Shown here: piece by piece, positions 1-12,600 of the stretch | How positions within the stretch are numbered: position 1 is the first letter of the stretch | How the letters are laid out: each line of letters begins with the position of its first letter | Assembly (NCBI RefSeq): GCF_964355755.1 | Contig: NC_092680.1 | Location: 11,780,001 to 11,844,000 of the forward strand | Direction of reading: 5' to 3' | DNA length: 64,000 nt | Source of the DNA: Antedon mediterranea | Taxonomy: Eukaryota; Animalia; Echinodermata | Translations under genes and position numbers: made by a program | Notes under the pieces: model-generated | Databases searched by the model: none | The model's input: only the letters and a program-made list of their open reading frames with translations | Told to the model about the DNA's origin: nothing

Positions 1-199
1 TTTTTTCGAAAATCACAAAATAGTCTAAAACGTCTCCAAATGCGATTTGAAGCTATTCTGTACACTTTGATGTTTTGTGTGAAAAAGTTTTGTCGAAATG
101 CTCAAAATGGTCTAAAACGTTTTTAAAACGATATTATTAAGCTATTTTGTGCTCTTTGATGTTTTTGTGTAACCAAGTTTCATCGAAAATCACAAAATG

Positions 200-626
200 G
201 TCTAAAACGTCTCAAAATGCGATTTGAAGCTTTTCTAAGCACTTTGGTGTTTTTATCTTAACAAGTTTTTTCGAAAATCACGAAATGGTCTAAAATGTCT
301 CCAAATGCGATTTGAAGATATTCTGAGCACTTTGGTGTTTTTATGTTAAAAAGTTTTTTCGAAAATCACAAAATGGTCTAAAACGTCTCATAATGCGATT
401 TGAAGCTCTTCTGTACACTTTGATGTTTTGTGTGAAAAAGTTTTGTCGAAATGCTCAAAATGGTCTAAAACGTTTTTAAATACGATATTAAGCTGTTTTG
501 TGCACTTTGATGATTTGTGTGAAAAGTTTTAACGAAATGCTCAAAATGGTCTAAAACGGTTTCTAATGTGATTTTAAGCACTTTGATGTTTTTGTGTAAC
601 CAAGTTTTTTCGAAAATCACAAAATA
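200..626 (+). repeat. Example 427-bp pentameric higher-order unit A-B-C-D-E (88+88+87+86+78 bp)
   Basis: Diagnostic motifs: A gaagcttttctaagcac; B gaagatattctgagcac; C gaagct(a/c)ttctgtacac; D cgtttttaaatacgatattaagctg; E cggtttctaatgtgattttaagcac. This order recurs throughout the window. Confidence 0.9.
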
Positions 627-3600
627 GTCTAAAACGTCTCCAAATGCGATTTGAAGCTTTTCTAAGCACTTTGGTGTTTTTTCGAAAATCACAAAATGGT
701 CTAAAACGTCTCCAAATGCGATTTGAGGATATTCTGAGCACTTTGGTGTTTTTTAGTTAAAAAGTTTTTTCGAAAATCACAAAATGGTCTAAAACGTCTC
801 CAAATGCGATTTGAAGCTATTCTGTACACTTTGATGTTTTGTGTGAAAAAGTTTTGTCGAAATGCTCAAAATGGTCTAAAACGTTTTTAAATACGATATT
901 AAGCTATTTTGTGATCTTTGATGTTTTTGTGTGAAAAGTTTTATCGAAATGCTCAAAATGGTCTAAAACGGTTTCTATTGTGATTTTGAGCACTTTGATG
1001 ATTTTGTGTAACCAAGTTTCATCGAAATGTACAAAATGGTCTAAAACGTCTCCAAATGCGATTTGAAGCTATTCTAAGTACTTTTGTGTTTTTATGTTAA
1101 CAAGTTTTTTCGAAAATCACAAAATGGTCTAAAACGTCTCAAAATGCGATTTGAAGCTATTCTGTACACTTTGATGTTTTGTGTGAAAAAGTTTTGTCGA
1201 AATGCTCAAAATGGTCTAAAACGTTTTTAAAACGATATTAAGCTATTTTGTGCTCTTTGATGTTTTTGTGTAACCAAGTTTCATCGAAATCAACAAAATG
1301 GTCTAATACGTCTCCAAATGCGATTTGAAGCTTTTCCAAGCTTTTTGCTGTTTTTATGTTAAGTTTTTTCGAAAATCACAAAATGGTCTAAAACGTCTTC
1401 AAATGCGATTTGAAGCTATTCTGTACACTTTGATGTTTTGTGTGAAAAAGTTTTGTCGAAATGCTCAAAATGGTCTAAAACGTTTTTAAATACGATATTA
1501 AGCTATTTTGTGATCTTTGATGTTTTTGTGTGAAAAGTTTTATCAAAATGCTCAAAATGGTCTGAAACGGTTTCTAATGCGATTTGAAGCTATTCTGTAC
1601 ACTTTGAAGTTTTGTGTGAAAAAGTTTTCTCGAAATGCTCAAAATGGTCTAAAACGTTTTTATATACCATATTAAGCTATTTTGTGCACTTTGATGTTTT
1701 TTTTGAAAAGTTTTATCGAAATGCTCAAAATGGTCTAAAACGGTTTCTATTGGGATTTTAAGCACTTTGATGATTTTGTGTAACCAAGTTTCATCGAAAA
1801 TCACAAAATGGTCTAAAACGTCTCCAAATGCGATTTGAAGCTTTTCTAAGCACTTTTGTGTTTTTATGTTAACAAGTTTTTTCGAAAATCACAAAATGGT
1901 CTAAAACGTCTTCAAATGCGATTTGAAGCTATTCTGTACACTTTTATGTTTTGTGTGAAAAAGTTTTGTCGAAATTCTCAAAATGGTCTAAAACGTTTTT
2001 AAATACGATATTAAGCTGTTTTGTGCACTTTGATGATTTGTGTGAAAAGTTTTAACGAAATGCTCAAAATGGTCTAAAACGGTTTCTAATGTGATTTTAA
2101 GCACTTTGATGTTTTTGTGTAACCAAGTTTTTTCGAAAATCACAAAATAGTCTAAAACGTCTCCAAATGCGATTTGAAGCTTTTCTAAGCACTTTGGTGT
2201 TTTTATGTTAACAAGTTTTTTCGAAAATCACAAAATGGTCTAAAACGTCTCCAAATGCGATTTGAGGATATTCTGAGCACTTTGGTGTTTTTTTGTTAAA
2301 AAGTTTTTTCGAAAATAACAAAATGGTCTAAAACGTCTCCAAATGCGATTTGAAGCTATTCTGTACACTTTGATGTTTTGTGTGAAAAAGTTTTGTCGAA
2401 ATGCTCAAAATGGTCTAAAACGTTTTTAAATACGATATTAAGCTATTTTGTGATCTTTGATGTTTTTTTTGAAAAGTTTTATCGAAATGCTCAAAATGGT
2501 CTAAAACGGTTTCTATTGGGATTTTAAGCACTTTGATGATTTTGTGTAACCAAGTTTCATCGAAATGTACAAAATGGTCTAAAACGTCTCCAAATGCGAT
2601 TTGAAGCTATTCTAAGTACTTTTGTGTTTTTATGTTAACAAGTTTTTTTGAAAATCACAAAATGGTCTAAAACGTCTTCAAATGCGATTTGAAGCTATTC
2701 TGTACACTTTGATGTTTTGTGTGAAAAAGTTTGGTCGAATTGCTCAAAATGGTCAAAAACGGTTTCTAATGTGGTTTTAAGCACTTTGATGTTTTTGTGT
2801 AACCAAGTTTTTTAAAAAATCACAAAATGGTCTAAAACGTCTCCAAATGCGATTTGAAGATATTCTGAGCACTTTGGTGTTTTTATGTTAAAAAGTTTTT
2901 TTGAAAATCACAAAATAGTCTAAAACGTCTCAAAATGCGATTTGAAGCTATTCTGTACACTTTGATGTTTTGTGTGAAAAAGTTTTGTCGAAATGCTCAA
3001 AATGGTCTAAAACGTTTTTAAAACGATATTAAGCTATTTTGTGCTCTTTGATGTTTTTGTGTAACCAAGTTTCATCGAAAATCACAAAATGGTCTAAAAC
3101 GTCTCCAAATGCGATTTGAAGCTTTTCTAAGCACTTTGGTGTTTTTATGTTAACAAGTTTTTTCGAAAATCACGAAATGGTCTAAAATGTCTCCAAATGC
3201 GATTTGAAGATATTCTGAGCACTTTGGTGTTTTTATGTTAAAACTTTTTTCGAAAATCACAAAATGGTCTAAAACGTTTTTAAATACGATATTAAGCTAT
3301 TTTGTGATCTTTGATGTTTTTGTGTGAAAAGTTTTACCGAAATGCTCAAAATGGTCTAAAACGGTTTCTAATGCGATTTGAAGCTATTCTGTACACTTTG
3401 AAGTTTTTTGTGAAAAAGTTTTCTCGAAATGCTCAAAATGGTCTAAAACGTTTTTATATACCATATTAAGCTATTTTGTGCACTTTGATGTTTTTTGTGA
3501 AAAGTTTTATCGAAATTCTCAAAATGGTCTAAAACGGTTTCTATTGTGATTTTAAGCACTTTGATGATTTTGTGTAACCAAGTTTCATCGAAATGTACAA

Positions 3601-3780
3601 AATGGTCTAAAACGTCTCCAAATGCGATTTGAAGCTATTCTAAGTACTTTTGTGTTTTTATGTTAACAAGTTTTTTCGAAAATCACGAAATGGTCTAAAA
3701 TGTCTCCAAATGCGATTTGAAGATATTCTGAGCACTTTGGTGTTTTTATGTTAAAAAGTTTTTTCGAAAATCACAAAATA

Positions 3781-4130
3781 GTCTAAAACGTCTCCAAATG
3801 CGATTTGAAGCTATTCTGTACACTTTGATGTTTTGTGTGAAAAAGTTTTGTCGAAATGCTCAAAATGGTCTAAAACGTTTTTAAAACGATATTAAGCTAT
3901 TTTGTGCTCTTTGATGTTTTTGTGTAACCAAGTTTCATCGAAAATCACAAAATGGTCTAAAACGTCTCAAAATGCGATTTGAAGCTTTTCTAAGCACTTT
4001 GGTGTTTTTATGTTAACAAGTTTTTTCGAAAATCACGAAATGGTCTAAAATGTCTCCAAATGCGATTTGAAGATATTCTGAGCACTTTAGTGTTTTTATG
4101 TTAAAAAGTTTTTTCGAAAATCACAAAATG
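3781..4130 (+). repeat. Example 350-bp tetrameric unit C-F-A-B (87+87+88+88 bp)
   Basis: The F monomer (cgtttttaaaacgatattaagctattttgtgctctttg...taaccaagtttcatcg) lies between C and A. Core positions 3781 and 4131 are 350 bp apart. Confidence 0.85.
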
Positions 4131-5587
4131 GTCTAAAACGTCTCCAAATGCGATTTGAAGCTCTTCTGTACACTTTGATGTTTTGTGTGAAAAAGTTTTG
4201 TCGAAATGCTCAAAATGGTCTAAAACGTTTTTAAATACGATATTAAGCTGTTTTGTGCACTTTGATGATTTGTGTGAAAAGTTTTAACGAAATGCTCAAA
4301 ATGGTCTAAAACGGTTTCTAATGTGATTTTAAGCACTTTGATGTTTTTGTGTAACCAAGTTTTTTCGAAAATCACAAAATAGTCTAAAACGTCTCCAAAT
4401 GCGATTTGAAGCTTTTCTAAGCCCTTTGGTGTTTTTATGTTAACAAGTTTTTTCGAAAATCACAAAATGGTCTAAAACGTCTCCAAATGCGATTTGAGGA
4501 TATTCTGAGCACTTTGGTGTTTTTTTGTTAAAAAGTTTTTTCGAAAATCACAAAATGGTCTAAAACGTCTCCAAATGCGATTTGAAGCTATTCTGTACAC
4601 TTTGATGTTTTGTGTGAAAAAGTTTTGTCGAAATGCTCAAAATGGTCTAAAACGTTTTTAAATACGATATTAGGCTATTTTGTGATCTTTGATGTTTTTG
4701 TGTGAAAAGTTTTATCGAAATGCTCAAAATGGTCTAAAACGGTTTCTATTGTTATTTTAAGCACTTTGATGATTTTGTGTAACCAAGTTTCATCGAAATG
4801 TACAAAATGGTCTAAAACGTCTCCAAATGCGATTTGAAGCTATTCTAAGTACTTTTGTGTTTTTATGTTAACAAGTTTTTTCGAAAATCACAAAATGGTC
4901 TAGAACGTCTTCAAATGCGATTTGAAGCTATTCTGTACACTTTGATGTTTTGTGTGAAAAAGTTTTGTCAAAATGCTCAAAATGGTCTAAAACGTTTTTA
5001 AAACGATATTAAGCTATTTTGTGCTCTTTGATGTTTTTGTGTAACCAAGTTTCATCGAAAATCACAAAATGGTCTAAAACGTCTCCAAATGCGATTTGAA
5101 GCTTTTCTAAGCACTTTGGTGTTTTTATGTTAACAAGTTTTTTTCGAAAATCACAAAATGGTCTAAAACGTCTCCAAATGCGATTTGAAGCTCTTCTGTA
5201 CACTTTGATGTTTTGTGTGAAAAAGTTTTGTCGAAATTCTCAAAATGGTCTAAAACGTTTTTAAATACGATATTAAGCTGTTTTGTGCACTTTGATGATT
5301 TGTGTGAAAAGTTTTAACGAAATGCTCAAAATGGTCAAAAACGGTTTTTAATGTGATTTTAAGCACTTTGATGTTTTTGTGTAACCAAGTTTTTTCGAAA
5401 ATCACAAAATGGTCTAAAACGTCTCCAAATGCGATTTGAAGCTTTTCTAAGCACTTTGGTGTTTTTATGTTAACAAGTTTTTTCGAAAATCACAAAATGG
5501 TCTAAAACGTCTCCAAATGCGATTTGAAGATATTCTGAGCACTTTGGTGTTTTTATGTTAAAAAGTTTTTTCGAAAATCACAAAATG
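3781..5587 (+). repeat. 21-monomer higher-order repeat (~1,806 bp): C F A B C D E A B C D' E' A' C F A C D E A B
   Basis: The same monomer order was read at 30721-32526 (1,806 bp) and at ~47886-49692. The summed monomer lengths match the observed core positions (this copy has one extra T). Confidence 0.75.
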
Positions 5588-7368
5588 GTCTAAAACGTCT
5601 TCAAATGCGATTTGAAGCTATTCTGTACACTTTGATGTTTTTGTGAAAAAGTTTTGTCGAAATGCTCAAAATGGTCTAAAACGGTTTCTAATGCGATTTG
5701 AAGCTATTCTGTACACTTTGAAGTTTTGTGTGAAAAAGTTTTCTCGAAATGCTCAAAATGGTCTAAAACGTTTTTATATACCATATTAAGCTATTTTGTG
5801 CACTTTGATGTTTTTTGTGAAAAGTTTTATCGAAATTCTCAAAATGGTCTAAAACGGTTTCTATTGTGATTTTAAGCACTTTGATGATTTTGTGTAACCA
5901 AGTTTCATCGAAATGTACAAAATGGTCTAAAACGTCTCCAAAATGCGATTTGAAGCTATTCTAAGTACTTTTGTGTTTTTATGTTAACAAGTTTTTTCGA
6001 AAATCACAAAATGGTCTAAAACGTCTTCAAATGCGATTTGAAGCTATTCTGTACACTTTGATGTTTTGTGTGAAAAAGTTTTGTCGAAATGCTCAAAATG
6101 GTCTAAAACGTTTTTAAAACGATATTAAGCTATTTTGTGCTCTTTGATGTTTTTGTGTAACCAAGTTTCATCGAAAATCACAAAATGGTCTAAAACGTCT
6201 CCAAATGCGATTTGAAGCTTTTCTAAGCACTTTGGTGTTTTTATGTTAACAAGTTTTTTCGAAAATCACAAAATGGTCTAAAACGTCTCCAAATGCGATT
6301 TGAAGCTCTTCTGTACACTTTGATGTTTTGTGGGAAAAAGTTTTGTCGAAATTCTCAAAATGGTCTAAAACGTTTTTAAATACGATATTAAGCTGTTTTG
6401 TGCACTTTGATGATTTGTGTGAAAAGTTTTAACGAAATGCTCAAAATGGTCAAAAACGGTTTCTAATGTGATTTTAAGCACTTTGATGTTTTTGTGTAAC
6501 CAAGTTTTTTCGAAAATCACAAAATGGTCTAAAACGTCTCCAAATGCGATTTGAAGCTATTCTGTACACTTTGATGTTTTGTGTGAAAAAGTTTTGTCGA
6601 AATGCTCAAAATGGTCTAAAACGTTTTTAAATACGATATTAAGCTATTTTGTGATCTTTGATGTTTTTGTGTGAAAAGTTTTATCGAAATGCTCAAAATG
6701 GTCTAAAACGTTTTTAAAACGATATTAAGCTATTTTGTGCTCTTTGATGTTTTTGTGTAACCAAGTTTCATCGAAAATCACAAAATGGTCTAAAACGTCG
6801 CCAAATGCGATTTGAAGCTTTTCTAAGCACTTTGGTGTTTTTATGTTAACAAGTTTTTTCGAAAATCACGAAATGGTCTAAAATATCTCCAAATGCGATT
6901 TGAAGATATTCTGAGCACTTTGGTGTTTTTATGTTAAAAAGTTTTTTCGAAAATCACAAAATGGTCTAAAACGTCTCCAAACGCGATTTGAAGCTCTTCT
7001 GTACACTTTGATGTTTTGTGTGAAAAAGTTTTGTCGAAATTCTCAAAATGGTCTAAAAGGTTTTTAAATACGATATTAAGCTGTTTTGTGCACTTTGATG
7101 ATTTGTGTGAAAAGTTTTAACTAAATGCTCAAAATGGTCAAAAACGGTTTCTAATGTGATTTTAAGCACTTTGATGTTTTTGTGTAACCAAGTTTTTTCG
7201 AAAATCACAAAATGGTCTAAAACGTCTCCAAATGCGATTTGAAGCTTTTCTAAGCACTTTGGTGTTTTTATGTTAACAAGTTTTTTCGAAAATCACAAAA
7301 TGGTCTAAAACGTCTCCAAACTCGATTTGAAGATATTCTGAGCACTTTGGTGTTTTTATGTTAAAAAG

Positions 7369-9658
7369 TTTTTTCGAAAATCACAAAATAGTCTAAAACG
7401 TCTCCAAATGCGATTTGAAGCTAATCTGTACACTTTGATGTTTTGTGTGAAAAAGTTTTGTCGAAATGCTCAAAATGGTCTAAAACGTTTTTAAAACGAT
7501 ATTATTAAGCTATTTTGTGCTCTTTGATTCTTTTGTGTAACCAAGTTTCATCGAAAATCACAAAATGGTCTAAAACGTCTCAAAATGCGATTTGAAGCTT
7601 TTCTAAGCACTTTGGTGTTTTTATCTTAACAAGTTTTTTCGAAAATCACGAAATGGTCTAAAATGTCTCCAAATGCGATTTGAAGATATTCTGAGCACTT
7701 TGGTGTTTTTATGTTAAAAAGTTTTTTCGAAAATCACAAAATGGTCTAAAACGTCTCCAAATGCGATTTGAAGCTCTTCTGTACACTTTGATGTTTTGTG
7801 TGAAAAAGTTTTGTCGAAATGCTCAAAATGGTCTAAAACGTTTTTAAATACGATATTAAGCTGTTTTGTGCACTTTGATGATTTGTGTGAAAAGTTTTAA
7901 CGAAATGCTCAAAATGGTCTAAAACGGTTTCTAATGTGATTTTAAGCACTTTGATGTTTTTGTGTAACCAAGTTTTTTCGAAAATCACAAAATAGTCTAA
8001 AACGTCTCCAAATGCGATTTGAAGCTTTTCTAAGCACTTTGGTGTTTTTATGTTAACAAGTTTTTTCGAAAATCACAAAATGGTCTAAAACGTCTCCAAA
8101 TGCGATTTGAGGATATTCTGAGCACTTTGGTGTTTTTTTGTTAAAAAGTTTTTTCGAAAATCACAAAATGGTCTAAAACGTCTCCAAATGCGATTTGAAG
8201 CTATTCTGTACACTTTGATGTTTTGTGTGAAAAAGTTTTGTCGAAATGCTCAAAATGGTCTAAAACGTTTTTAAATACGATATTAAGCTATTTTGTGATC
8301 TTTGATGTTTTTGTGTGAAAAGTTTTATCGAAATGCTCAAAATGGTCTAAAACGGTTTCTATTGTGATTTTAAGCACTTTGATGATTTTGTGTAACCAAG
8401 TTTCATCGAAATGTACAAAATGGTCTAAAACGTCTCCAAATGCGATTTGAAGCTATTCTAAATACTTTTGTGTTTTTATGTTAACAAGTTTTTTCGAAAA
8501 TCACAAAATGGTCTAAAACGTCTCAAAATGCGATTTGAAGCTATTCTGTACACTTTGATGTTTTGTGTGAAAAAGTTTTGTCGAAATGCTCAAAATGGTC
8601 TAAAACGTTTTTAAAACGATATTAAGCTATTTTGTGCTCTTTGATGTTTTTGTGTAACCAAGTTTCATCGAAATCAACAAAATGGTCTAATACGTCTCCA
8701 AATGCGATTTGAAGCTTTTCCAAGCTTTTTGCTGTTTTTATGTTAAGTTTTTTCGAAAATCATAAAATGGTCTAAAACGTCTTCAAATGCGATTTGAAGC
8801 TATTCTGTACACTTTGATGTTTTGTGTGAAAAAGTTTTGTCGAAATGCTCAAAATGGTCTAAAACGTTTTTAAATACGATATTAAGCTATTTTGTGATCT
8901 TTGATGTTTTTGTGTGAAAAGTTTTATCAAAATGCTCAAAATGGTCTGAAACGGTTTCTAATGCGATTTGAAGCTATTCTGTACACTTTGAAGTTTTGTG
9001 TGAAAAAGTTTTCTCGAAATGCTCAAAATGGTCTAAAACGTTTTTATATACCATATTAAGCTATTTTGTGCACTTTGATGTTTTTTTTTAAAAGTTTTAT
9101 CGAAATGCTCAAAATGGTCTAAAACGGTTTCTATTGGGATTTTAAGCACTTTGATGATTTTGTGTAACCAAGTTTCATCGAAAATTACAAAATGGTCTAA
9201 AACGTCTCCAAATGCGATTTGAAGCTTTTCTAAGCACTTTTGTGTTTTTATGTTAACAAGTTTTTTCGAAAATCACAAAATGGTCTAAAACGTCTTCAAA
9301 TGCGATTTGAAGCTATTCTGTACACTTTTATGTTTTGTGTGAAAAAGTTTTGTCGAAATTCTCAAAATGGTCTAAAACGTTTTTAAATACGATATTAAGC
9401 TGTTTTGTGCACTTTGATGATTTGTGTGAAAAGTTTTAACGAAATGCTCAAAATGGTCTAAAACGGTTTCTAATGTGATTTTAAGCACTTTGATGTTTTT
9501 GTGTAACCAAGTTTTTTCGAAAATCACAAAATAGTCTAAAACGTCTCCAAATGCGATTTGAAGCTTTTCTAAGCACTTTGGTGTTTTTATGTTAACAAGT
9601 TTTTTCGAAAATCACAAAATGGTCTAAAACGTCTCCAAATGCGATTTGAGGATATTCT
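7369..9658 (+). repeat. ~2.3-kb block duplicating 1-2,274 (offset 7,368, then 7,384)
   Basis: Shared atattattaag (131/7499), ttatcttaac, caacaaaatggtctaatacg (1291/8675) and ctttttgctg (1341/8725). The offset changes by 16 at the deletion near 680. The block ends in a chimeric monomer gaggatattctaagtac at ~9648-9664. Confidence 0.85.
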
Positions 9659-12600
9659 AAGTACTTTTGTGTTTTTATGTTAACAAGTTTTTTCGAAAAT
9701 CACAAAATGGTCTAAAACGTCTTCAAATGCGATTTGAAGCTATTCTGTACACTTTGATGTTTTGTGTGAAAAAGTTTTGTCAAAATGCTCAAAATGGTCT
9801 AAAACGTTTTTAAAACGATATTAAGCTATTTTGTGCTCTTTGATGTTTTTGTGTAACCAAGTTTCAACGAAAATCACAAAATGGTCTAAAACGTCTCCAA
9901 ATGCGATTTGAAGCTTTTCTAAGCACTTTGGTGTTTTTATGTTAACAAGTTTTTTCGAAAATCACAAAATGGTCTAAAACGTCTCCAAATGCGATTTGAA
10001 GCTCTTCTGTACACTTTGATGTTTTGTGTGAAAAAGTTTTGTCGAAATTCTCAAAATGGTCTAAAAGGTTTTTAAATACGATATTAAGCTGTTTTGTGCA
10101 CTTTGATGATTTGTGTGAAAAGTTTTAACGAAATGCTCAAAATGGTCTAAAACGGTTTCTAATGTGATTTTAAGCACTTTGATGTTTTTGTGTAACCAAG
10201 TTTTTTCGAAAATCACAAAATGGTCTAATACGTCTCCAAATGCGATTTGAAGCTTTTCCAAGCACTTTGCTGTTTTTATGTTAAGTTTTTTCGAAAATCA
10301 CAAAATGGTCTAAAACGTCTTCAAATGCGATTTGAAGCTATTCTGTACACTTTGATGTTTTGTGTGAAAAAGTTTTGTCGAAATGCTCAAAATGGTCTAA
10401 AACGTTTTTAAATACGATATTAAGCTATTTTGTGATCTTTGATGTTTTTGTGTGAAAAGTTTTATCAAAATGCTCAAAATGGTCTTAAACGGTTTCTAAT
10501 GCGATTTGAAGCTATTCTGTACACTTTGAAGTTTTGTGTGAAAAAGTTTTCTCGAAATGCTCAAAATGGTCTAAAACGTTTTTATATACCATATTAAGCT
10601 ATTTTGTGCACTTTGATGTTTTTTTTGAAAAGTTTTATCGAAATGCTCAAAATGGTCTAAAACGGTTTCTATTGGGATTTTAAGCACTTTGATGATTTTG
10701 TGTAACCAAGTTTCATCGAAATGTACAAAATGGTCTAAAACGTCTCCAAATGCGATTTGAAGCTATTCTAAGTACTTTTGTGTTTTTATGTTAACAAGTT
10801 TTTTCGAAAATCACAAAATGGTCTAAAACGTCTTCAAATGCGATTTGAAGCTATTCTGTACACTTTGATGTTTTGTGTGAAAAAGTTTTGTCGAAATGCT
10901 CAAAATGGTCAAAAACGGTTTCTAATGTGATTTTAAGCACTTTGATGTTTTTGTGTAACCAAGTTTTTTAAAAAATCACAAAATGGTCTAAAACGTCTCC
11001 AAATGCGATTTGAAGCTTTTCTAAGCACTTTGGTGTTTTTATGTTAACAAGTATTTTCGAAAATCACAAAATGGTCTAAAACGTCTCCAAATGCGATTTG
11101 AAGATATTCTGAGCACTTTGGTGTTTTTATGTTAAAAAGTTTTTTCGAAAATCACAAAATAGTCTAAAACGTCTCCAAATGCGATTTGAAGCTATTCTGT
11201 ACACTTTGATGTTTTGTGTGAAAAAGTTTTGTCGAAATGCTCAAAATGGTCTAAAACGTTTTTAAAACGATATTAAGCTATTTTGTGCTCTTTGATGTTT
11301 TTGTGTAACCAAGTTTCATCGAAAATCACAAAATGGTCTAAAACGTCTCAAAATGCGATTTGAAGCTTTTCTAAGCACTTTGGTGTTTTTATGTTAACAA
11401 GTTTTTTCGAAAATCACGAAATGGTCTAAAATGTCTCCAAATGCGATTTGAAGATATTCTGAGCACTTTGGTGTTTTTATGTTAAAAAGTTTTTTCGAAA
11501 ATCACAAAATGGTCTAAAACGTCTCCAAATGCGATTTGAAGCTCTTCTGTACACTTTGATGTTTTGTGTGAAAAAGTTTTGTCGAAATGCTCAAAATGGT
11601 CTAAAACGTTTTTAAATACGATATTAAGCTGTTTTGTGCACTTTGATGATTTGTGTGAAAAGTTTTAACGAAATGCTCAAAATGGTCTAAAACGGTTTCT
11701 AATGTGATTTTAAGCACTTTGATGTTTTTGTGTAACCAAGTTTTTTCGAAAATCACAAAATAGTCTAAAACGTCTCCAAATGCGATTTGAAGCTTTTCTA
11801 AGCACTTTGGTGTTTTTATGTTAACAAGTTTTTTCGAAAATCACAAAATGGTCTAAAACGTCTCCAAATGCGATTTGAGGATATTCTGAGCACTTTGGTG
11901 TTTTTTTGTTAAAAAGTTTTTTCGAAAATCACAAAATGGTCTAAAACGTCTCCAAATGCGATTTGAAGCTATTCTGTACACTTTGATGTTTTGTGTGAAA
12001 AAGTTTTGTCGAAATGCTCAAAATGGTCTAAAACGTTTTTAAATACGATATTAAGCTATTTTGTGATCTTTGATGTTTTTGTGTGAAAAGTTTTATCGAA
12101 ATGCTCAAAATGGTCTAAAACGTTTTTAAAACGATATTAAGCTATTTTGTGCTCTTTGATGTTTTTGTGTAACCAAGTTTCATCGAAAATCACAAAATGG
12201 TCTAAAACGTCGCCAAATGCGATTTGAAGCTATTCTGTACACTTTGATGTTTTGTGTGAAAAAGTTTTGTCGAAATGCTCAAAATGGTCTAAAACGTTTT
12301 TAAAACGATATTAAGCTATTTTGTGCTCTTTGATGTTTTTGTGTAACCAAGTTTCATCGAAAATCACAAAATGGTCTAAAACGTCTCCAAATGCGATTTG
12401 AAGCTTTTCTAAGCACTTTGGTGTTTTTATGTTAACAAGTTTTTTCGAATCACAAAATGGTCTAAAACGTCTCCAAATGCGATTTGAAGCTCTTCTGTAC
12501 ACTTTGATGTTTTGTTTGAAAAAGTTTTGTCGAAATTTTCAAAATGGTCTAAAACGTTTTTAAATACGATATTAAGCTGTTTTGTGCACTTTGATGATTT

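Noticed and set aside
1396-1445. Hairpin followed by T-rich sequence resembling an intrinsic terminator
   Set aside because: The stem is weak and AT-rich, it is repeated in hundreds of monomers, and there is no upstream gene.
5130-5150. Single-base homopolymer length variants (T7, extra A)
   Set aside because: These are ordinary slippage or sequencing noise. They were used only as supporting markers when shared between duplicated blocks.
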